This document shows positions 21,977 through 31,720 of a stretch of 64,000 nucleotides of DNA, piece after piece. Made by a program: the position numbers and the translations under genes. Location: NCBI GenBank assembly GCA_963829525.1, contig CAWHIJ010000003.1, forward strand, positions 2,048,001-2,112,000, given 5' to 3'. Position 1 is the first letter of the stretch, and every line of letters starts with the position of its first letter. This stretch comes from an uncultured Actinomycetota bacterium (GTDB taxonomy: Bacteria; Actinomycetota; Actinomycetes; JAHEKZ01). A model generated the notes under the pieces. It was not told where the DNA came from. It made no database searches and saw nothing but the letters and a program-made list of their open reading frames with translations.

Positions 21977-22032
21977 ATCGTGCTTGAGTCGCCTGAGAAC
22001 AAATGAAGAAGACCCTGTGTATTCCCTGAGAG
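21977..22032 (-). promoter_or_regulatory. OmpR/PhoB-type direct-repeat boxes upstream of the flavinylation operon
   Basis: CCTGAGAA/ATGAAGAA/CCTGTGTA/CCTGAGAG at 21992, 22003, 22014 and 22025 (11-bp phasing), followed on the minus strand by -10-like CACGAT. Confidence 0.55.
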
Positions 22033-22107
22033 TCCGCTCGAGAGGGTTCGCACCACAGACTCGTCACCCGATCATCAATCAGGGGCGTCCAAACGGACTC
22101 ACCCCTA

Positions 22108-23229
22108 CTACAGGCCCAAAGCCGTCTCGATCTTCTTGATCGGTTGCCAGACGCCGTCCTGCATGTTGCTCAACATCGCGAGTGTGATGCCGGTACTCGG
22201 GTAGTGACAGAGCGCTGCACTCACCCCAACGTTGTGCCCCTCCTTCCAGTAGGACCGCACCTTCCCCTCTGCGTTGGTCTCGAACTCGAAACCGAAACCG
22301 GTCATGTGAAATCCGGCTCCCCGCGGTCGGTACCTCACGTGTGGCGCAAGCATGGCAGCAGTCAGAGTGGGGCCGAGCAGTTCTCCACCCACGAGGGCTT
22401 GGTGGAACCGGAAGAGGTCGTCAGCGGTAACCTGCGCACCTGAGTCCGGGGAACCAACGGGTGGAAACGAATAGATGTTGCGTCGCCAGGCGACAACCTG
22501 CCCGGACTCGTCTACCACCGGGTCGGCTCCCTCAGCGATACCCGCAGTGACAATGTCCATCGAGGCAAATCCCGAGTGAGTCATCCGCGCCCGTTTGAAC
22601 ACGCTGTCCGCCACGTAATCGCGATAGGACCGGCCGGTCGCACGCTCGACCATGAGCCCCAACAACACGTACCCGACATTGCAGTAGCGGCACCCCTCTC
22701 CTGGTGCGAAGTTTGGCGCCTTCTCGATGAACTGGGGAAGAAAGTCTGCGGTGGCGCGAATCGCGTAGTTCGGTCTATCGACGAAGAGGGCCTCGTACAC
22801 CTCACCAGCGTCTTCGTCCGCATCGTCACCAATACCGGACGAGTGAGTCAGCAGGTGGTGGGGCGTGACGTCCGGACTAATCGGGGTACCACCAAGCCCC
22901 AGATATCCGGTCACGCTGGTATCGAGGGCGAAAGCACCAGCCTCAACCTGTTGGAGCGCTGCAACAGCAGTGAACAGTTTCGTCGTTGAGGCAGTGTCGA
23001 ACCTCGTCGTTACCTCACACGGCGTCTCCCAGGTGCGACTTGCCCATCCATAAGCCCGACGCAGGAGCACCGTGCTCTGTCCTGGGGTACCCGAAGCGTC
23101 GTTGCGATCGAGGCGAACTACCCCGGAAAACAGCCCCTCCTGCGTCCGCTCGCGCAGGTAGTTGTCAATATCGGCAAGGTCCCTGCCGGCAATCCCACCC
23201 GGCGCCTCGCGCACGTGCTCGCCTTCCAC
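22108..23229 (-). CDS. Serine hydrolase, beta-lactamase/PBP fold
   Basis: SxxK (ASTTK), LLTHSSG and YCN motifs; GTG 23229 with a GGAGG RBS. Confidence 0.88.
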   Translation of the reverse strand: MEGEHVREAPGGIAGRDLADIDNYLRERTQEGLFSGVVRLDRNDASGTPGQSTVLLRRAYGWASRTWETPCEVTTRFDTASTTKLFTAVAALQQVEAGAFALDTSVTGYLGLGGTPISPDVTPHHLLTHSSGIGDDADEDAGEVYEALFVDRPNYAIRATADFLPQFIEKAPNFAPGEGCRYCNVGYVLLGLMVERATGRSYRDYVADSVFKRARMTHSGFASMDIVTAGIAEGADPVVDESGQVVAWRRNIYSFPPVGSPDSGAQVTADDLFRFHQALVGGELLGPTLTAAMLAPHVRYRPRGAGFHMTGFGFEFETNAEGKVRSYWKEGHNVGVSAALCHYPSTGITLAMLSNMQDGVWQPIKKIETALGL

Positions 23230-23230
23230 A

Positions 23231-24265
23231 TCAGCCTCCGACAGTCCCGGCTTCGATCTCTTCGCCGACAGACGTTCGCACGATGATCGAGAAGCCATTG
23301 GGCACCTGACCATCAAGGTCGGCTACGAGCTCTTCGACAGGAGGCAGGTCACCGGGCGTTTGAATCTCGACGATGTAGTCAGGCGACGCAAACGTGACGC
23401 TGTCGACTGACGCGCCCGGAACCTCCGCTACCCAGTTGTCGGCAGCGGCTTGAATACGGCCGGACCACACCGCGACCAAGTAGACGGCAGCAGTGTTCGC
23501 CACCAATGGGACCAACACCACCACCAGCATGATGCTGATGGTCAAGTAGGCACCCCTCCGAGAACCTTCGCGCAACACCTCTGCCTCTGCGGCATACCCG
23601 AGGACGGTGAAGACCAAGGAGCCAGCAAGCACGAGAGCCAGAAGATTGGAAAGGAAGAGAACAAATGCCCCAAGAGCCAGGGCAAATGCTCCTTGCCCGA
23701 AGCACACGCCAACCACAGCAAGCGGGGGAACCAGCGAGATAGCGATGGCGACACCTGGTAGGACGGCAGCGACATCTCGTCGCGCCATTGCGACAGCGCC
23801 CGCAAAACCTGTGGCGACGGCCGCTACGAGGTCGAGGAGACCAGGCGAGGTGCGTCCAGAGATCTGGGGGTTGCCGAGCAAGTCATAACTACCCGGTACC
23901 AGCAGCGCGAAGGCGACCCCGACGATCACCACAAGCGCGGCCCCGAGTGTGACGAACCGTATCGCTTGCCGGCTAGTTGCCGAGTCGCGCTTGGCGATGC
24001 CCAAGGCAATGCCCATGATCGGGGTCGCCAGGGGGGCAATGATCATGGCGCCGATCACCGTTGCCGTCGAATCTGACAGCACACCGGCCGTGGCGATCAC
24101 GGCTGAGAGCGCCAGCATCGTCCAAAATGCTGACTGTTTCGACCTCGAGTCGCCAGCAGTCAGATCAAGATCTTCAGTCAGCTCGGTAAGAGTGCGTCGC
24201 TGCTGGTCCGGCAGGACCCGGTCCGAAAGGCGAAATGGCATGTCCCGAGCATGGCTGAGTCGCAC
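23231..24265 (-). CDS. DUF389-domain membrane protein
   Basis: VIGAMIIAPL and LPGVAIAISLVPPL motifs. Confidence 0.9.
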   Translation of the reverse strand: MRLSHARDMPFRLSDRVLPDQQRRTLTELTEDLDLTAGDSRSKQSAFWTMLALSAVIATAGVLSDSTATVIGAMIIAPLATPIMGIALGIAKRDSATSRQAIRFVTLGAALVVIVGVAFALLVPGSYDLLGNPQISGRTSPGLLDLVAAVATGFAGAVAMARRDVAAVLPGVAIAISLVPPLAVVGVCFGQGAFALALGAFVLFLSNLLALVLAGSLVFTVLGYAAEAEVLREGSRRGAYLTISIMLVVVLVPLVANTAAVYLVAVWSGRIQAAADNWVAEVPGASVDSVTFASPDYIVEIQTPGDLPPVEELVADLDGQVPNGFSIIVRTSVGEEIEAGTVGG

Positions 24266-24355
24266 GACCGGGCGAAGGGCATCGGTTGGCGTGTCGCGGG
24301 CTGCGAAGGCGCGAGCTGTAGTCGGTAGGCTCCTCGTGATCGCGAGAGCCTTGAC

Positions 24356-25717
24356 GTGAGTGATCGTTTGCCCGAAAGGACACCCGTGCCCAGTCCCGAC
24401 CCCGCCGTCACGGACCCGAAGAAGCTGCTCCGCAGCAAGGAGTACCGCCGTCTCCTCGTCCTGGCTGCCCTTGTCGGGCTACTGGTGTCATTTGCGTCTT
24501 GGGCCTTCCTCGAGGTCGTCCACTGGACGCAGGTGGGCCTCTACAAGGACCTCCCCGACCAAATGGGATTCGACGTAGCCCCTTGGTGGTGGCCGCTCCC
24601 CATTCTCGCGGTTGCCGGGATCCTCACTGCTGCAGCAGTAACTCGGCTGCCAGGCCGGGGTGGTCATGTTCCTTATGAAGGCATCAAGGGTGGAGCGACG
24701 TTGCCCGAGGCCGTGCCCGGCGTTCTGCTCGCGGCACTTGCCAGCCTGGGGATGGGGCTCGTGCTTGGTCCGGAGGCGCCGCTGATCGCACTGGGTTCGG
24801 GCCTGGCGATCTTCGCGGTCAACAGACTCAAGAAGGACACCCCGGACCAAGCACTTCAAGTCATCGCAGCGTCGGCTGCCTTTGCCGCATTGGCCAGCAT
24901 CTTCGGGTCGCCCGTTGTCGGCGCCGTGATTCTCATCGAAGCAGCCGGGCTTGGCGGGGCCATGTTGCCGATCATTCTTCTTCCTGGCTTGATGGCTGCC
25001 GCAATCGGCTCCCTCGTCTTCATCGGGCTGAACGGCTGGGCAGGACTCAACAACAACGATTACGCATTGAGCCCGTTCACGCTGCCTGCTTACAGCAGCC
25101 CAACGTTCGCTGACTTCGGTTGGACCATCGTCCTTTCCTTACTCGCGGCAGTTCTCACCTACGCCATCCTCCGGCTGTCGCATCTATCAGCAGTTCGAGT
25201 CAATCAGCACCCCTGGGTCCTGATACCTGGGGCCGCAGTTCTCGTTGGGGTGATCGCGGTGGTCTTTGCCGCCTTCTCGGACATGTCAGCCGATGCAGTT
25301 CTCTTCTCCGGTGAGTCCGCCTTTGGTGAACTGCTCGACCCCTCCGCAAATATCACACTCGGCACGCTGGCACTGCTGCTGATCTGCAAAGGGCTCGCTT
25401 GGGCCGTGTCCATGGGAAGCTTTCGCGGCGGCCCGACATTCCCTGCGCTCTTCGTTGGTGCCGTTTGTGGCCTGATGGCAGCCCAGCTCCCCGGCTTCTC
25501 GGAGACCCCGGCGGTGGCTGCCCTGATGGCAGCCGCAGCCGTCGCCGTTTTGCGTCTTCCGCTCTCGGCCGTTGTCATCACGTTGCTTCTCACTGGTTCA
25601 GCCGGAGTCGCTGTGGCACCGATCGTCATCGTTGCCGTCGTTGTCGCCTACATCACTGTCGAGTCGCTTCCGCATCGACCGTCGGGGGATGGCATCACAC
25701 GCGAGTCCGCGGCCTAA
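24356..25717 (+). CDS. CLC-family chloride channel/transporter
   Basis: LGPEAP (gating Glu), FGSP and FRGGPTFP motifs; many TM helices. Confidence 0.85.
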   Translation: MSDRLPERTPVPSPDPAVTDPKKLLRSKEYRRLLVLAALVGLLVSFASWAFLEVVHWTQVGLYKDLPDQMGFDVAPWWWPLPILAVAGILTAAAVTRLPGRGGHVPYEGIKGGATLPEAVPGVLLAALASLGMGLVLGPEAPLIALGSGLAIFAVNRLKKDTPDQALQVIAASAAFAALASIFGSPVVGAVILIEAAGLGGAMLPIILLPGLMAAAIGSLVFIGLNGWAGLNNNDYALSPFTLPAYSSPTFADFGWTIVLSLLAAVLTYAILRLSHLSAVRVNQHPWVLIPGAAVLVGVIAVVFAAFSDMSADAVLFSGESAFGELLDPSANITLGTLALLLICKGLAWAVSMGSFRGGPTFPALFVGAVCGLMAAQLPGFSETPAVAALMAAAAVAVLRLPLSAVVITLLLTGSAGVAVAPIVIVAVVVAYITVESLPHRPSGDGITRESAA

Positions 25718-25720
25718 TCA

Positions 25721-27241
25721 CTACGCAATGGCCGCCTCGACGCGTGCTGTCGCTTCGGCAGTCCAAGCACGCGTGGCATCCACCAGGGCATTGACCTCTT
25801 CAGCTAAGGCGTCGCCGGTCACCCGGTCCGCCAGAGACGTGACGTTGATCTGAACGTTGTATGCCGCGCCACGACAAGCGGCCTCAGCGAGGAGCGCCGC
25901 GACGCCCGCGTCGCTAACGGTGTTGACGTTTCCTTTCGCTGCGCAGGTCACGGCAAGTCGCGCAACATCGCTGCACGCTCTGGCCGTTTCGAGCGGCACC
26001 TCGGCAGCCGTCGTGAGAGCGGCCTGGATCGCCTCATCGCGGGTCGTGGCCGCGCCAGGGCTGTCCTTGGGCAACCGGTAGGCCGAGCTCACCAAGCTAT
26101 AGGCGTCGGCGTCCTCCTGAACCAGTGCACCGAGCCGTTCACCGAGGGCTCGCGCCACGTGGGCCACCTCTTGCATCTCGCCCTCGACTTCGACGTACTT
26201 CTTGCGGCCCACGGTGAGTCCGGCCACCATCTGGGCCAGTGCCGCCGCCAACTGCCCAGCGAGAGCGCTGACGCTTCCTCCGCCGGGGACCGGTGAGCTA
26301 TCAGCCACACTGGTTACGAAGTCACCCATCGACCCCTGCGGTTTCGATGCGGCCCGCACCTGGCGCTCCAGCACCATGTCGGTGGAGAAATCGGGGAGGC
26401 CAAGGTGTCGTGCCGCTGTCTCGAAGAGCACTTTCTCCGGGACGAGGCCAACCAGCTCGCTGCTGGTGGGCGACACACCGCGCGCTTCAGCCTCCATGCG
26501 CACCATGTCGTAAGCGCGGTGAAGGGGTGTTTGGTCGGTGTCGACCAAGTTCATCGAGACCTGTGCCTGACCGTCGACCTCCAGGCCCAAGCCCTTGACG
26601 TACCTCAACCCGCCACTCGAGCCCCTCACCGCCTTGGCCACCTCCTTGGCCACCCCGAGATTCTCAGCGCCACCGAGGTAGACGTTGTAGGCAACCAAGA
26701 AGGGTCTTGCCCCGATGATGGTCGCGCCCGCGGAGGGATGCGTCGTCTCCGGGCCGAAGTCCGGAGCGCGATCGGGGTTGGTGCCGATCTCGGTGAGCGC
26801 CAGCTCGAACCCGCCACGACGGATGTTCACCAGGTTCTCTCGGTCTGGGCGCGTGGCGGCTCGTTCGTAGAGAAAGACCGGGATCTGCAACTCGTCACCC
26901 ACCCGCCGTCCAAGCGTTCTGGCTAGCTCGACGCACTCGTCCATCGTCGTGCCATCAAGTGGAATGAACGGGCAGACGTCGGTGGCGCCTATTCGTGGGT
27001 GCTCACCGTCGTGAACCGTCAGGTCAATCAACTCGGTGGCCTTCGCGATGCCGGCGAATGCCCCCGCCACCGCGACATCAGTCGGCGCCACGAAGGTGAC
27101 AACTGTCCGGTTGTGGCTGGGATCCGATGAAACATCGAGAATGGTGACGCCCGCGACAGAGGCAATCGCATCCCGGATCGCTGATATGACCTCGGGGCGA
27201 CGCCCCTCGGAGAAGTTGGGCACGCATTCGACGAGTTCCAT
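25721..27241 (-). CDS. ftcd: Bifunctional glutamate formimidoyltransferase / formiminoTHF cyclodeaminase
   Basis: ECVPNFSEGR, HNRTV, HPRIGATDVCPF and QVSMNL, followed by the cyclodeaminase motifs PVPGGGS and GNVNTVSDA. Confidence 0.93.
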   Translation of the reverse strand: MELVECVPNFSEGRRPEVISAIRDAIASVAGVTILDVSSDPSHNRTVVTFVAPTDVAVAGAFAGIAKATELIDLTVHDGEHPRIGATDVCPFIPLDGTTMDECVELARTLGRRVGDELQIPVFLYERAATRPDRENLVNIRRGGFELALTEIGTNPDRAPDFGPETTHPSAGATIIGARPFLVAYNVYLGGAENLGVAKEVAKAVRGSSGGLRYVKGLGLEVDGQAQVSMNLVDTDQTPLHRAYDMVRMEAEARGVSPTSSELVGLVPEKVLFETAARHLGLPDFSTDMVLERQVRAASKPQGSMGDFVTSVADSSPVPGGGSVSALAGQLAAALAQMVAGLTVGRKKYVEVEGEMQEVAHVARALGERLGALVQEDADAYSLVSSAYRLPKDSPGAATTRDEAIQAALTTAAEVPLETARACSDVARLAVTCAAKGNVNTVSDAGVAALLAEAACRGAAYNVQINVTSLADRVTGDALAEEVNALVDATRAWTAEATARVEAAIA

Positions 27242-27302
27242 GCGCTGGAGACTACAACGACAGACCCGGTCTGCATTGGGCCTTGGGTGCCCGACCGGGC
27301 AG

Positions 27303-28739
27303 TCAGCCGCGGTACTCCGGCACTGGCTCGGGTTCGGTCATCTTGTCGCGCTGGGCAAGGTAGACAGGGATCCCAACGAGGAAAGCGACTCCGGCCATGA
27401 TGAACGGCGCGTACTCCTTCAGGAATGGCTCTCCGGTCATCCTGGAGTACCAGATGAAGAGCAACGAGAACACGAGAGCCACGATGGCCACCGCAACGTC
27501 GCGGGCAAACCGGGGGGTGTGAATCTGCCGGTGGTCGACGAACCGCCACTTCAACTGGGCGAGGGCAGAGAACGCATAGGGAATGGCTGCCGTGATGCCG
27601 GACATGTAGACAAGGACATTGAAGACGTCGTAGCCGGCGTTACCGATGAACGACACCATCATGGCCACCGAGGCAAGTACGGTACTGCTCACGATGCCGA
27701 AGACCGGCATCTGACGCCTGGACAGATGTGCAAACCGAGCTGGGAAGACACCATCTCGGGCCGCAGCCATCGGCATTTCGGCACAGATCATCGTCCAGCC
27801 GACAAGGGCACCAAAACCAGAGACAATCACAGCAAGTGCAGCCGCCTGGCTTGCCCAAGGACCCCACATCTCGCCGAATGCGGTGGAGAACGGGGCTGCG
27901 GACTCACTGAGTGCGGGGCTTCCCACGATGCCAAAGACTGCAAAGAGGGAGAGCAGGTAGACGACCGCCGCCGCAAGAGTTCCGAAAATGGTTGCACGTG
28001 GGACGTTACGGTCCGGGTCCTCGACCCGGCCAGCAGCAACGGCCGCCGTCTCGACGCCCAGATAGCTGAAGAGGCAGAGAGCCATCGCTCCGCCAATCGC
28101 GGCCGTCGTGCCTTCGCCACTCACATTGAACGGAGTCAGGTTTCCAGTCGAGACGTATAGCAGGCCTATGGTCGACATGATCGCCAACGGGACAAACTTG
28201 ATGATCGACGTCCAGTACTGGAAGGACGCCATGTTCTTCATCCCGCTCGCGTTAATGGCCGCAGGGAGCCACAGCCCGGCAAGACAGAGGCTGATCGCCA
28301 GCAGGTTGACCTCGGTGCCGGCAATGACCAGCGTCCAACCAAGCGTCCAGTACTCAGCCAGGAAGTACTGGACATAGAACACCCACCCAACCACGATCGC
28401 GGCATTCCCCGACCATGCCGTGATCCAGTAGAGCCATGCGTTCGAGAATCCGGTTGCGTTTCCAAAGGCGGCGCGCGCGTAGGCGTACGGACCTCCGTCA
28501 GCGGGAAGCCGCCGCGACATCGTGGCGAACAACACAGCCAGGGAGAGTGCCCCGACCGTAGTCAGCGCCATTGCCACCAGGCTGATCGGTCCATAGGCGG
28601 CCAACGACCCGGGGAGGTTGAAGATCCCAACCCCGATGATCGTGCCGACAATCAGTGCCGTGCTCTGCGGCAGCCTCATCCGAGGGGAAGCCGTAGCCGC
28701 TGGTGAGTTCTCGCGCCGAGCCGGCGCAAACGTTGTCAT
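27303..28739 (-). CDS. APC-family amino acid/polyamine permease
   Basis: IIGVGIF, GGPYAYAR.AFG, FSYLGVE and MAAARDG.FP motifs. Confidence 0.92.
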   Translation of the reverse strand: MTTFAPARRENSPAATASPRMRLPQSTALIVGTIIGVGIFNLPGSLAAYGPISLVAMALTTVGALSLAVLFATMSRRLPADGGPYAYARAAFGNATGFSNAWLYWITAWSGNAAIVVGWVFYVQYFLAEYWTLGWTLVIAGTEVNLLAISLCLAGLWLPAAINASGMKNMASFQYWTSIIKFVPLAIMSTIGLLYVSTGNLTPFNVSGEGTTAAIGGAMALCLFSYLGVETAAVAAGRVEDPDRNVPRATIFGTLAAAVVYLLSLFAVFGIVGSPALSESAAPFSTAFGEMWGPWASQAAALAVIVSGFGALVGWTMICAEMPMAAARDGVFPARFAHLSRRQMPVFGIVSSTVLASVAMMVSFIGNAGYDVFNVLVYMSGITAAIPYAFSALAQLKWRFVDHRQIHTPRFARDVAVAIVALVFSLLFIWYSRMTGEPFLKEYAPFIMAGVAFLVGIPVYLAQRDKMTEPEPVPEYRG

Positions 28740-28846
28740 CTCGCACGCTCCCTGAACGAACCGACATCACAAAGACGCCGGATCTGACTCTAGGAAACCG
28801 CAACCGATGACTGTGGACAACGGCCAAAAGACCTACGAATCCTGAC

Positions 28847-29122
28847 CTAGAACCAGGCCTTCTTCTCGACCATGTAGAGCTGGTAGAACTCCGCGTCCGA
28901 CTTGGTGAGGTAAATGATGCCCTCAATCAGGCCGACGATCGAGCCAACGCCGCAGGTGAAGACGGTGATCAGGATGCGATAGATGCCGCCGGGTGTGTCC
29001 CCCAGCAGGAACCGGTGGATCCCCAATCCCCCGAGGATGATCCCCATGATCCCGCAAAGAATCTTCTTGGAGTTCACGTCGGGCGGAAGTGCTGGCTGTC
29101 CCATAGGTTGCTCGGTGCTCAT
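28847..29122 (-). CDS. TM2-domain protein
   Basis: SKKILCG..GIILGGLGIHRFLLG; GAGG RBS before ATG 29122. Confidence 0.9.
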   Translation of the reverse strand: MSTEQPMGQPALPPDVNSKKILCGIMGIILGGLGIHRFLLGDTPGGIYRILITVFTCGVGSIVGLIEGIIYLTKSDAEFYQLYMVEKKAWF

Positions 29123-29251
29123 GTCGACCTCTCTTGTCGGCTCGGTGCCGGATGGCATCCTACGCAGCCGCCCCGGCCAAGTCAGCCAGTGACGCCCACA
29201 TGTTGCGGACTAGCTTTCGCCGAAACCGGACGAGGCGCGATACTCGCACCA

Positions 29252-31645
29252 ATGCTCTCCTTCTCCAGCTGCACCCTTGATGTCGCGGGTCGGGTGCTGA
29301 CGCTGAACGGTCGCGTCCAGCATCTCGAGCCGCAAGCCTTCGATGTCTTGGTGCACCTGCTGGAGAACCGCGAACGCGTCGTTGCCAAACAGGAGCTCTT
29401 GGAAACCATCTGGGGTGGGCAGTGGGTCTCCGAATCCGCCCTCACCACCAGAGTCAAGGAAATCAGGCGGGCGACCGGCGACACCGGCGAAGCCCAGGCC
29501 GTGGTTCGTACTGTTCGAGGGCATGGCTATCAGTTTGTGGCCGCAGTGGCGGAGGACAGAAGTTGGGATTCTTCGCCGCATCGACTAGTGGGGCGCGCCC
29601 GCGACATGCAAGAGCTCAGTCAGCGAGTTCAGCCAGGGGCGCTGGTGACGCTGGTCGGGCCTGGTGGAGTCGGGAAGACGACCCTGGCACGCACCTTGGT
29701 GGCCCAGTCGGCCGCTCGCTTCACCGAAGGTGCCATCGTCGTGGATCTCACGGTGCTGAACGACTCATCGCAACTCTTGGGCGCCGTTGCGCGTACAGCC
29801 AAGGCGGTGGAGCCGCCTGACAGCAAGCTCTCGTCGACGCTGAGTGCACTCGATGCCGTCCTGCTGCTCGATGATGCGGACGACCTCGTGCCCGAAGTGG
29901 CCCAGCTCTGTGCAGAGCTGGCTGAAAACCCCGATCGCCTTGCGGTAGTTGTCACCTCGAGAGAGCGCCTCGGCGTCCGTGGAGAGCAGCTCTGGCCCGT
30001 GCTTCCGCTCTCAGCTTCCGCTGCTCGAGAGCTGCTCGCGGCCAGGGCACGCGACCTCGCACCACTCGGTAGCCTCAGGGCGGCAGCCCCCGCGGATCTG
30101 GACGCCCTGAGCTCCGCGGTGGACCGCTTGCCCTTGGCTCTGGAGATGCTCGCCGGTATGAGCGCCGTTCTCGGGGTCGACGACCTCTCGGCACTGGTCG
30201 ATGCCCGACTCGACCTCATCACGACCGCACAACGCAGCACCCCTAAACGCCACCAGTCGCTCCAGCTGCTCGTGGCTGGTTCGATCAATCGGCTCGACGC
30301 TCATGCATTGGATGCGCTGACGGCGCTCACCAGCTTCGCCGGCGCCTTCACCCTCATCGACGCTGCGGCAGTTGTGAATGAAGGTGACAATGGCCTGTCG
30401 GTGGTTCGGGAACTGGTCGACCGTTCGCTGCTCTCCCCCGTCGATAGTGCCGACGAGCCGCGATTCCAGATGCTCCGCACGGTGCACCAAGCCGTCCTGA
30501 GTAAGGCCGATTCCGGGGAGCTGGAAGCAGCCGCTCGGCGGCATGCCGAGCTGGTGATCGCAGCACTCGATCACGCGGACGCACAGCTACGGGGTACTGA
30601 GGAAGCCCGCGGGGCTGGGGCGTTCGAACGGCTGGCGGACGAGGCACGCGTTGCTCACGCTTGGGCCCGCCGACGCGACCCGGCCCTGGCCGTTCGCCTC
30701 ACGGCGGCACTGCACCTGTACGCCTACTCGCGACTCTGGGCCGAACCCGCACGGTGGGCAGAGGCGATCGCGGGCAGCGCAGGTCAGCAGGGGTCAGTGC
30801 TGGTGGCTCTGGCCTCGCAAGCTGCGCAAGAGGGGCGACTGGCCGAGGCCGCAACCTCGTCCGAGAGGTTGCTTGCGGATGATGACTCGCGGGTGCGTGC
30901 TTGGGCACTGGAAGTGCTCTCCGACGTCGGGATCTACCGAGGAGATCTCGAGCGAGCGAGGGAGTGCTCGCTCGCTCTGATCGACCTGGGGAAGGAGCAC
31001 GGCGAGCCCCGAATGGTTGCCATTGGGCTGACCAATGCCGCGCTCTCGTGGCTCTACCAAGGACGCCCGGACCAAACGATCATGCTCCTGGACACCTACG
31101 CCCGCGATGTCATCGATTCGTGCGCGCCGTCAGAGCAGGCGTGGCTCGCGTTCGCCCGCGGCGAGGCACTCGCCGAGATCGACGCCAACGCCGCTGATGG
31201 ATTCCTGCTCGAGTCAGTCCGGCTGGGCAACAGCGTCGGCAACAGATTCGTGGCCGGTATCGCCACCTCAGTACTTGCCGCGCTGGAGGCCGAACGAGGC
31301 AATCTCAAGGGTGCGGCCGCGTCCTACATCGAAGTTCTTGGAACGTTCCTTCGACAGGGAAACGTCACCCATCTGACCACCTTCCTGCGCAACATAGTCC
31401 CGCTGCTGGCGAGCCTGGGCGAGGCAGCCACCGCCGCCGTTGTTGGTGCGTGGGTACTCGGACCCTCGGCAAGGCCCAGCTATGGACCAGATGTCGAGGC
31501 AGCCCTCGCAACGCTAGAAACCCTCCGGGGCAGCCACGGCGATACGCAGCTGGAAACCTGGACTGAGCAGGGCCGGCCTCTCACCGCACCCGAGGCAGCA
31601 GAGTTGGCCCTTGTCGCACTACGCCGGCACACCGAGTCCAGCTGA
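29252..31645 (+). CDS. OmpR/PhoB-type winged-helix + STAND ATPase + TPR-like transcriptional regulator
   Basis: LEPQAFDVL..L..NRERVV.K.ELL...RTVRGHGYQF; GPGGVGKT; TSRERL; DRLPLALE. Confidence 0.9.
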   Translation: MLSFSSCTLDVAGRVLTLNGRVQHLEPQAFDVLVHLLENRERVVAKQELLETIWGGQWVSESALTTRVKEIRRATGDTGEAQAVVRTVRGHGYQFVAAVAEDRSWDSSPHRLVGRARDMQELSQRVQPGALVTLVGPGGVGKTTLARTLVAQSAARFTEGAIVVDLTVLNDSSQLLGAVARTAKAVEPPDSKLSSTLSALDAVLLLDDADDLVPEVAQLCAELAENPDRLAVVVTSRERLGVRGEQLWPVLPLSASAARELLAARARDLAPLGSLRAAAPADLDALSSAVDRLPLALEMLAGMSAVLGVDDLSALVDARLDLITTAQRSTPKRHQSLQLLVAGSINRLDAHALDALTALTSFAGAFTLIDAAAVVNEGDNGLSVVRELVDRSLLSPVDSADEPRFQMLRTVHQAVLSKADSGELEAAARRHAELVIAALDHADAQLRGTEEARGAGAFERLADEARVAHAWARRRDPALAVRLTAALHLYAYSRLWAEPARWAEAIAGSAGQQGSVLVALASQAAQEGRLAEAATSSERLLADDDSRVRAWALEVLSDVGIYRGDLERARECSLALIDLGKEHGEPRMVAIGLTNAALSWLYQGRPDQTIMLLDTYARDVIDSCAPSEQAWLAFARGEALAEIDANAADGFLLESVRLGNSVGNRFVAGIATSVLAALEAERGNLKGAAASYIEVLGTFLRQGNVTHLTTFLRNIVPLLASLGEAATAAVVGAWVLGPSARPSYGPDVEAALATLETLRGSHGDTQLETWTEQGRPLTAPEAAELALVALRRHTESS

Positions 31646-31658
31646 AACGAAGCGGCGA

Positions 31659-31686
31659 TCCTCAGGCACTCCCCACGTCATCCTCA
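31659..31686 (+). promoter_or_regulatory. Three phased direct repeats, a candidate winged-helix activator site
   Basis: TCCTCA (31659), TCCCCA (31670) and TCCTCA (31681), exactly 11 bp apart. Confidence 0.6.
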
Positions 31687-31720
31687 TGCATCGGCGGCAT
31701 AAATCTGCTCAACTCATGGC

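Noticed and set aside
24356-25717. Fluoride-specific CLC-F exporter
   Set aside because: It lacks the GNNLI/GREGT/GEVTP signatures, and no fluoride riboswitch is evident
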